A stretch of 63,053 nt of DNA, counting the filler, from Platydemus manokwari (Eukaryota): assembly GCA_037951405.1 (NCBI GenBank). It is 6 parts of 6 records of this genome, joined end to end, with 100 filler letters (N's around TTAATTAATTAA, not from the genome) between each part and the next. Parts side by side here need not be neighbours in the genome. Positions count along the whole stretch, not along the records: positions 52,697 to 63,053 come from JBBMOY011140994.1; 5 more parts are not named here. One strand, 5' to 3'. The notes below the pieces were generated by a model. That model made no database searches. It was not told the DNA's origin and was given only the letters and a program-made list of their open reading frames with translations. The position numbers were made by a program, and so were the translations under genes. Shown one piece after another: positions 52,933 through 63,053 of this stretch. Positions within the stretch are counted from its first letter, which is position 1. Each line of letters opens with the position of its first letter.

Positions 52933-55900
52933 ATGCCTAAAAAGGGTAAAAAGAAAGGAGGAGGCAATAAATTGGCTAATATGACTGAAGAAGAAAGAGT
53001 ACTCTATGAAGAATCTCAACGACTTGCTGAAGAAGAAATGAAGAAGAAACAAGAGCACACCCTTAATCAATATTTAAAAGTTTGTAATTATTTTTTTATG
53101 ATTAAAACCTTATAGGTAATTCTAATAAGATGAAACTTCAAAAAGAAGAAAAAGCATCGTTTTTAAATTTATCTAAACTAAATCATCAATGGCGTAATAT
53201 AATGCGAGAACTTAAATCAAAAGAACTTAAGAAAGATATTGAGATTCTTTCTCAAACATTTGAACGAGTTGTTGACAGGTAATTTAAATATTTCAATTGT
53301 TTTATTTTAAAATTGTGTATCAGAAAAGATAGTGTTCTTAAATCTTTGGTCAAAGATTTAAGTGAAGCTGATGAACAATATTTGGTGGCTCTAAGAAGTC
53401 ATATTATTAAAATGGATATGCTCATAGGTAGGTTTTGAAATGTCTTTATTTAATATTGAGAATTTTACAAAAATTATCTATCGTCATGTTGTAAAATCTT
53501 TTTGAAAAATAATTGATTATTGTTGCCAATGGTTATTGAATATTGAAATAAAACAATTTAATTTTTATGTATTAATTTCTAGGAATAAATCTGATTATCA
53601 TTTTTTCAGTTTAAAATTATAATTTAATTTGACGACATTTGATCAAATATTTTTTACTATTTATTCGGAGATGGCCTACTGATAAAATATAAATTATTTA
53701 TTACATGCATTGTAATATATCGTTGTCATTTATTATAATAATTTACTATTTGTTCTTCTGGAAATTGAAACCCATGAAATTTTTAAAGATATTCTTGTAA
53801 TATACAAATAATTTGATAGTTTTTTTAACATTTAAAATTATATGTGTACAAGCAGATAAATATTCCACACAAAACCTGTCATTTCATGCATTTAGTGATT
53901 TACATTATTTCCACCGTTCTACAAATCTCTATTTCTATCTTAATTTACTTTAATGTTTTATCTGGTTATTAGATAGCGTCTTTTGTCATTGGTGTCTGTA
54001 TGTATAGACTTAGAACGTTTTTCCAACGTTCACTAACACTTTGTGTTAATGTTATGAAAAATTGTTAATCGAAACAGAAATCATCAAATATTTCTCTTTT
54101 CATTCACAGAAATACACCAAGAAAGAATGACTAATTTAACGAACGATTACAACAACGACTTAAGAGTGTTGAAGGAAGAATTTGATACAGGTAAACTGTC
54201 ATAAAGTTTATTGATTTTTTTCTACAATTCTTGAATCCAGAACGGGAATTCATGATAGAACAGCATAAGAATCAAATCGATGATCTGAAAGATATTTTAG
54301 TAGCTTTCGATATCCATTACACAAATGAAGAAAATGACGCCCAATCAGAATTCAGCAATATATGTGACGAAATTAAAAATAAAGTAAATCAATCAATCAT
54401 CTTTTATTAAATTATTTTTCGTAAAATTTTGAATTTCAGAATTTTTTTTTAATTTCAATAAATATTTTAAAGCTTTTTTAAATACTAATTTTGGATATTC
54501 TTCTTGGAAATCATTTTAGCTAATGTCAATTTCAGAATATCGAAGAAAAACATGCGTTACGAATAGCTTTAGAAGCAAAAGTGAACGATTTATGGAGCCA
54601 ATCTAATGCTGCGTCCAATCACTATATGACGGCAACTAATGAACGTCGAGGCAATTTCGAAACTCTGAAAGCTAAAGATGAAAAATCGGCTGCCGATATT
54701 GAAATGCAAATGCGTAAATTGCAAAGAATTGCCGATCAGATTGCATTGGTCAAGATCAAAATGGCCGCCGTCACCAAGGAATTCGATGAGAAAAATACGC
54801 ACTTGAGAGAGGAAAAAGATCGATTGGTGTGTCAATTTCAACAAATGAAAAGTCGAATGAATCAACTTCGAGATATCCAAAGAGAAAAGCTAACTCGAAT
54901 GTCATTAGAATCGAATTTCTCATTACAAAAAGTAAATACATATTATTCAATAATTATTGAATCGATACCTCATAAGTATTTTCTAATTAGCCAATCACAT
55001 TTGTCTTTAAATTGACTCTACATGAGAGTTTACTTAACTGTGTCAATCCTGTAATATTTTGTTCACTGGCACATCAATCAATATACGGTATAATGAGTAG
55101 TATAATTCGTTAATGAGTAGTAATATAATATTCAATTAATGATAAATATTTCATTATATTTGTGAATGAGTTAAACATATTTTATTCATATTTTGATTTA
55201 TAGTCACAATACCTGTGATTTATTTCTATCCAGTTAGCACACAATAGATTCCAAAGATACACACAAGCATATGTTGAAGATTTGCCATTTAGAATGAATG
55301 ATGATATGGAATATTCACAGACGATACATATTTTCTAATTTCCATGTGCTATAGCAATTAGAATAAATTATAAAGATAAATTTATAAATTCAGAGATTTT
55401 TACTTTAGAAAATGTATAATAATGAAATTTCATTGTCTAATTCATCTTTTCTAGAGATTTACACAAGCATTTAGTCTTCTACATCTAACGCTTAGTCCAA
55501 AAGTGCATATATAATGTCTTCATTAGATAAAACTCTATCTACTGATTTTCTCAAACCGACGATGTTAATTTTCATCGGATTCAGATCAAATTGTATCTCA
55601 ATAATTTATGGTTTAATTCTTTAAATTTTCTATGAAATAAGATCTTTGTAACCTTTTTATCGCTTTACAATCTCTCAAGCGTTTTACAGACCTTTTGTTA
55701 GATATTCTTGAAAATACTTGTAATACTGCACAAACCATCAAATAGGTATGAAAAAATTTTCTGGATTTTGCAGATAAATATCAACTCATTAATCGTGCAA
55801 TCTCGAATAAAATATCACGCTATATATGTGTGTCTGTGTCTGTGTGTATTGAAAGTGAGGAAATCTTCCACTGATGTACTACTGTGCTTGTATTAAGCAA

Positions 55901-58900
55901 TGATCATTTCTGTTTTGAAAAATATTACCAAGATCAACAATAACTTTTCAGAGTTAAGAGAAAATCTTGCTCACAAATCAAGTTACTCACTGTATCATCA
56001 ACACAAAATTATCATCACAATATTAGTGGAACATTAGTGATAATCTTTTCTAAATTAACAATTTCGAAGTTTGATAAAATTAAAGCCTTCTGCATTTCTT
56101 TATAAAAGATATAAAAAGGAAAATCGAGTGTATATGAAATCTCGTATGTAACGATGTTCTACTATTAAAACAATTCTTAAACTTTTTTATTATATAACAA
56201 GGACTACTCGTAAGGCACACTTTTTCATTTGAAAATATATGATGTGTTTCAATATCAATTGTATGGATATGGATAAATCAGAGGGCATCGTTATATGTTG
56301 TGCCCTTTGTGAAACTGGCTATGGATAAAAAATCTGAATTTATGTCACAACTGAAGAATCAATTAAAACAATTAATTATAGACAAATGTATATTGATTAG
56401 CCGTGTTTTTACTAGTACGATAAAGTACAAAGTTAAATGCCTTGTAGAATCCATGCCAATAACAGAATCAATGCCAATTCTAATTTTTGAAGATCGAATT
56501 GTTGGTAATCGATTTATGTGCTGTTATTACATCTGTAGTTCAAAGAAAACAGTTAATTTTCAAATTTACATCTCAAAAATATCTACAAAAAATATCTCAA
56601 AACATCTACAAATTGATGATGTGGACAAAGCTTTGATAACTTTTGACTTCATTCGTAACTTCATTTTAGATAGAAAAGGATTCAAGACTATAGTTGTTGG
56701 TTCAGGAAAACATCGTTTCATTAATAATAAGCTTATACCAAATGTGATTTTTAAAATAAAGGCTAAGATAAAAGAGAAATGATTTTTAAAAACAGGTTGA
56801 GTGAATCAAATTTTGTTGACGAATTGGTTAAAAGAAGTTGTAGGAAAAACCAAATTTATTCTTCAATACAAATATTATTGCTGTCATCATAAATTTTATT
56901 CTTTATTTATAAAATTTATCAATTTATAATATTACTTTAATTACTTTCATTAAATTAATCTTTGAAAGTTCATTATTAATTTTATATGTTTTAAAAATCA
57001 AATATTTATTCTTCTATCCAAATTTGTTGGCTTCAAAACGTTTGGTAAAAAATCTGATAATAAGGGAGTGTAATTGTTGATTCCAATTTTTGTTTTATTC
57101 AATTTCTTGATTTGGCTTATTCATTCATATTTATTAAGCTGAAGAAACTAACGGATAAAGCGGAAAGAATTCTGAAATTAGGAGAAATGTGTAGGAAGCT
57201 TGAAACAGAAGAAGAAAAGGTTTTGCCTTTTTACTCATCTTCTCTAACCCCAGAAGAAGAATCCGATGTCAAAACTGCTTTACACGAAAATATGTCTGAA
57301 GAATGGGGCCAATTGATGAAAAAATACAATTCCATGGAATTATTCTGGCAAAGATTTAATAAGGTTAAACTAGATCGACTTGCAGTGGAAAAAGAACGAA
57401 ATATGTTGTCAGCTGAAAATTCGCATTTGCGAGATTTACTTAAGCAATATCTGGATGGTATCTCAGTTAATTCAGAAGTAATCGAAAGTTTAAATCCTTT
57501 GATCGTCATCAATGGAAAAACAAATGTCAAGTAAGCTTATACGTGGTTGCCTTTATATATAATCTATTTAGGACATTATATTTAATTTATTCAGCTTTTT
57601 GTTTATTAAAATCTCTTATAAAATTGATTTGTTATTGATTTTGTCATAATTTTAACATAATATTTATGAATTCTGCTCAGTTATTTACTTGACACCAGGT
57701 AGTTATTTGCGAATATTTGCAGTGCAATTGGTATGATCGATTATTATTTGCATTTATTATAGAAATTCTCTATTTTTATGTGTAACATGACAGTAGTTGC
57801 GTAAATATGTACAATTAAAATTAGCCATATGAGATTAGGGGGAAATCGTAAATAAAAAAAAATCTGCTTTATGTAAAAACAAAATGAATGTAAGGTTTCG
57901 TAATTTTTTACACTATTTCAATCCCTTCTGATAATCAAGGGATTTAAGAAATAGGACCATAAATATCACGAAACAATATTAATAAGTTTAATGAGAAAAT
58001 ACATTCCAATAATTTGTGATTCCTTCTAGTTGAATAATAAAATAATCAAAAATTTAAAATTCACACCTTCAGTTAAAAAAGGGGTCTTTTGACCTACTTT
58101 CACTACAATGAATTTTCGCTCATGAAATAATTTTATAACTTAATTTTTTATATAATTGCGATATTCGATTTATTCGTATAATTCAGTTAATATCTCATTT
58201 TTTAGGAAGACTAATATGGACAAAACATAATTTTAAACCCAAGTTCCTATTCTAGTCAAAACATTTCTATGCGATTATTTGAGTTTTGAAATTTAATTTT
58301 TTAAAATTATAAATCGAGTTAGTTAACTACAGACATGTTTAATAATATCACTGGTTATTTTTATAAAATAATTGTAAAAATTGAAAGTTTCTCTCAATTG
58401 CATCTAATGTTAAGAAAGTGTCCTGGCTAGTTTTCAATAAATTGCAATTCGACCTTTGATCCGTTTTTTTTAAAAATCAACTTTGAAGAGATTTTGAACC
58501 ACTAGTGTATTTAATATTTTATTTCAAACAACTTAAATTCTTCTTAACCACTTAAATAAAAAATTCAAAATGTTTTTAAAGAATTTAATTAAATAAACTA
58601 TATAGATTTTTGCAATACATTCAACGAATATAAAAATTTATTCTTCAACCCTTTTTCTTAACTTTACCCCGAAAACAAATGAACTGAATTCAATTAATAA
58701 CGGAAAATATGAAAAAAGGTTATATCGTTCATCATGATTCCACATGAATTTTTAAAAAATTGTTATCTTAAAATTAACTTTGTTAATAGATAGGGATAAT
58801 TTAATGGAAATAATTAAATAAATTATCATACAGTATTTCCACTAATCTCTTTATTTTTACTTTCGGACTTTATCATTACTGTCGATATCGATATTGATTA

Positions 58901-59054
58901 TGTTTACGAAATAATAATTGGTTGACATGAATTTTTTGTATTTAGTATCTCTAATGAAGGAATGGATCCACGGGTAAAACCAATACCAACTGTAAAATTA
59001 GAAGCTGCCCACATTGTCAAATATGGTGTCACATCGGAAACATTGTTTCGTTGA
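52933..59054 (+). CDS. CCDC65: Dynein regulatory complex subunit 2 (CCDC65/DRC2), 8 exons
   Basis: Exons 52933-53079, 53130-53278, 53324-53427, 54110-54190, 54241-54383, 54536-54931, 57139-57530, 58946-59054; all GT-AG and phase compatible. Hallmark peptides [57 protein letters not shown]. Confidence 0.95.
58066..58669 (-). mobile_element. Merlin-like MITE family, copy 4 (in DRC2 intron 7)
   Basis: AGTTAAAAAAGGGGTCTTTTGACCT... to ...CCCTTTTTCTTAACTTTACCC; collinear with 45145-45630. Confidence 0.85.
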
Positions 59055-61174
59055 TTTCTTTATTATGGAAATATTAAACATTGAGTTGTTTATCTCATTA
59101 AGAATTAATATATACAATTTTAATGCTTAGAAATTATGTTTTTATGTGATTTTTCAATTATCAAGTGTAGATAGTCTATTAAAATATCAGTTTGATTTTA
59201 TAATATATAAGTGCAAACTATGTCATAAATAATAATCACCAAATTCTAAAAATTTAATTTTTTGATTCTCAAAATCGTAAGGGATTAGGCCTGTTGGTGA
59301 CTAATAATGAGTTGAGTAAATTGAATGTGAGTCCGTATGTGTGAATAAGTGAATTTTTAAATGGTAGTTTTGAAGTTCTATTCGATACTGATGAGTAGAA
59401 TTCAGTTGTTAGGCTGAATTTAGCTCAGAGCTATTGTTTATATTAGAAGTAAACATAAATGCATATCATAGTAATTTAGTTGGATTAATTATTAGCAATA
59501 GCAATCTATTCAACGTATCTTATTCAATGTGTCTAATCCATCAAAATATCATCAAACAATGAAATCTGATCATTTGTTTTTTGTGACCGAGAGAAGAATT
59601 TTTTTCGAATAATTCTACCTTCATCTCCACTATTGAGTTTTGTTAAAGAGCATCTTTCAATTTACGACTTCCCGACGTCACTCTAGCTGCTTCTTTAAAT
59701 AGAATATACATTCATATTTCGAAAAAGAATTATCACAAACTTCAGAGGAATTATTGTAAGTGAGTTGCATTCAAGTGGATTTTTCTCATTATCTTACGTA
59801 TAGTACTAAGCGTTTGTTACCAAAAAATAACATGGAAAAATTTGGAAGTACAAATGGAAATTAACTTATAAATAAATAAGAATTATTTTTGCTTTATATT
59901 TAGCTTAATCTTTCTTCAATAATGTAACTTTACTAGTTTAAATCTAAACGGAATATTTATTAATAATTATTTTGTACTTTTTTTCCACTTGAACTATCTT
60001 CGAACGAGTTAAGGGCCATAGCACTGATTATGAACTCTTATCGTCCACAGCCGATTTTTATTGTTTACTTTGCAACTACAATTGTGCTTCAATTTATTAC
60101 TAATTTTTTATTGATTTACCATGCACTGATGGTTCGAAAATAATCCATGGACATGTGACGTAAGTTTATTGACGCTAAATGTCAAAATTATAATTATCAA
60201 CCACAATGTTGCATGTGGAATCATATCATGAAATAATCATGGCCCAAAATCATATTGGACATATCAAAGTCAATATTCAATTCACATAATAAAACAGAAA
60301 CAAAAACAATGACCATAAAAGATTGATCATTAGAATGATCACATATAAGAATAATAGAAACTAAAAATTACGGTCCACGAAAGATTGTTGGTTGCTGAGA
60401 GATTCAGCTCTTTTATAGACTCTTGTGTATATTTGCCCATTGTCCTGTGGTTTTAACTCTAATTCAATAATTGAAACCATGTAAACTTTATAAATACAAT
60501 GTAATTATTAATTCAATATAATTTCGCAGAAGTTACACCTTTAATTAGGATATTGATTTCAGCATTTTATAGTTTTGAGAGAAATAAATTTGAAGCATAT
60601 TGATAATTTTCGTTAATTTGAATTAACGAGCTTTCGATAAATAAATATTCATGTAAGTAACTTTTTCATGAAAGTTTTTAAACCTCCTTTCATCAATAAT
60701 TTTATTTTACACAAACATATCAGCCCTTACAGCAGTTTTATACTTATTTAAATGACATCTGGTCTTTCTCTAGTTTTATTTCTTTAAAAAATTCCTAGTT
60801 AAAGTTGAAATGATGATTATTCAAAGAAATAATGGAGTTTTTATTAAAATATGCATAACGAATAAAATCGAAATAATATTTGTTAGTTTTAAATATTATT
60901 TAAAAAAAAAATATTTTTAAAATATCGCTTTTCCAAATTTCAGCACGCGAACACAAATCAATCTAGTCTCTTAGTTTACAGAAACATAAACATGAAAAGA
61001 AAACAATTTATTTACTTTCTAAAAATATAAAACTTCAAATTCATACTATTATTTGAAATATGTTAATAATAATTAATCATTGATTTTAATAATTAATCAT
61101 TATTTGATTTAATTACTTTGAAATTTTATCAATAATTTTTATATAAAGAATTCGATAATTTTTATTTTTAAATT

Positions 61175-62972
61175 ATGCCCGGAGTACGTAAAAACGATAT
61201 TGTAGGAGGAACTTATGTTTTCGAAAGCTTCCCAACGGCACTTAGTGAGAAATGGCAGCCATATAAAGATGATAATTATGTCAAGTATGATTAGCATTAT
61301 GTTTTGTTTAATAGAACTTTAATTATAGAATGGAACCTAAAGATATAAATGATAAAGTAGTTGTACGCTGTAAAAATACCGAGTATTTAAAACCACTTAA
61401 AAAAATCAAAAGAATTAAAGTTTTTAAAGGTGGATACTTGATGTCTGATTTGCCACCGGTTGCTGGACGACTCCACGCAGAAATTCAAACCGATTTGTAT
61501 TTAGAGGAATTGGTTGATAAAGTCGAACTGATAGACAAATGTACTCAGACCGATAATTTCTTAAATCGACCATCAACACCTCTTTTTATTCCATCTAAAT
61601 CTGGAATTGATGTCTCAACACAAGTTTACGAAGGCGACGTTAGCATATTTGTATTTTTAACTTGCAATCTTATTAGTTGGAATCATTGTCATTTGAAAAG
61701 TAAAATCTAATCGAAAAACAAATTTAGAGAATAGGATTTTTTTATTGAAAATAAAATTCACATTCATTAAAGTCAATGATTAATTAAAATAATCAACGAT
61801 TAAGTTATTTTTTACATTCATTATAATTTACTTTTATTTAAAATACCGATTTACAATCATTTTTTTTTATTCTAAAATACTTTTTCCGGATAGTCAATTT
61901 ATAATTTAAACTTTAAAATACATTTCAAAATAAAATGTGTCCACTAAACCACCTAAATGATAACTTTGTTGCATAACGTTTTACCAATATATCTTTCAGA
62001 ATAAACATTTTTCAACTATCTTTTAGGTTTTCTTCTTTGATTTGGAAGTCAAACCAATTGTTGAAGTATTGGTCACAAAGACCATTGAACAAGCTTTATT
62101 AGAAGTCATGGAAGAAGAAGAACTAGCTAATATTAGAGCTGAAATAAATCACCAAGGAGAATTGAGAGCTGCTTATCTTAATGAAATAATGCGCCGAGAA
62201 ATCCAAAATAAACGTTATCGGTTACAAATAATAATTATAATTTATTTTAAAAACTTTTGAAAATTTTTACTTAAATCTTCATTCTTAGCAATTTAAGATA
62301 TTTTAGTAATCAACTATTGTTATTATTCAATTAGTTATTTAAGTTGAGAATAACTAAAAAAATAAAATTACAGATATTTTCATAAATCATAGTTTTCTTA
62401 ATTTAAAATAATATAATGCAAAATATTTGATCAAAATATAAAATAAAAAATTGTATTTTATTTCAAATCAATGATTGGCGACATGTGTTCTTTTGGTGGT
62501 ATATGGAATATCAATAATTACAGTTAAAGCTATGTAAAACATAACTGGATTATAATAAGTACCATACGATAAGTACACCATTAACCACACGAGAAAAAAT
62601 ATATTGGTGAATAAGAATGCCATAAAAATGACTTTAAATTATATTTTAAATTTTTAGTTGATTTTAACTCAGATGAAATTCGTTTTTAAATTAATAAACA
62701 TATGTCGCTTGATATTAATGCGATAATAATCCTTAGCTACTACGTTTCTTATTTTTCCGATATGTTTTTCGTGACTTTATCGATTATAATATATTTTAGA
62801 GAAGAATATCAACGACGACTTAAAGAAGCGAAAGATTTAGCAAATTTAAAATTAGAAACTGGCAAAAAGATTATTACAAGTTTATTCTCTCAGAAGTTGT
62901 TACAACCTTTATTGCCATTATCGTTTGAAAATCTCTACGTGAATGGGTATTTTAGAGATCCAGTTAAATTAG
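61175..62972 (+). CDS. RSPH3: Radial spoke head protein 3-like, exons 1-4 (continues beyond the window)
   Basis: Exons 61175-61284, 61329-61638, 62027-62220, 62800-62972; GT-AG and phase compatible. Motifs GRLHAEIQTDLYLEEL, QTDNFLNRPSTPLFIPSKSGIDVSTQ, FDLEVKPIVEVLVTKTIEQALLEVMEEEELANIRA, GYFRDPV. Confidence 0.93.
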
Positions 62973-63053
62973 GTAAATGTATAACTTACAGTTACAAGTT
63001 TATATTTCTTTATTTTGTGACACAACCATTAACGATATTTTAAATCTTTATTA

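Noticed and set aside
56300-56782. 160-aa ORF nested in DRC2 intron 6
   Set aside because: Starts at a non-ATG codon and has no recognisable domain; more likely the antisense shadow of a decayed transposon. A BLASTX of 55400-56900 would settle it.
60966-60985. X-box upstream of RSPH3-like
   Set aside because: GTCTCTTAGTTTAC is only a weak match to the consensus.

Overview
Very AT-rich eukaryotic (animal) scaffold with six N-gaps and many 44-50 nt GT-AG introns; composition and gene content suggest a planarian/flatworm-like genome (inference only). Genes: an intronless DEG/ENaC channel (20477-22006), an intronless divergent TAF4-like gene (27371-28948), a divergent SLC18/VMAT-VAChT-like MFS transporter interrupted by one in-frame TAG (about 39892-41054), an 8-exon CCDC65/DRC2 gene (52933-59054), the first four exons of an RSPH3-like gene (61175 onward), and a probable minus-strand multi-exon orphan gene missed by the ORF track (about 11866-10131). 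The rest is mostly transposon debris: four copies of a Merlin-like MITE, two mariner ends, a hAT MITE, foldback elements, and Gypsy pol and LTR remnants. The most unusual signal is a tandem pair of type III hammerhead ribozyme motifs 125 nt apart at 22752-22942. All homology calls are by eye from remembered family motifs; no searches were run.
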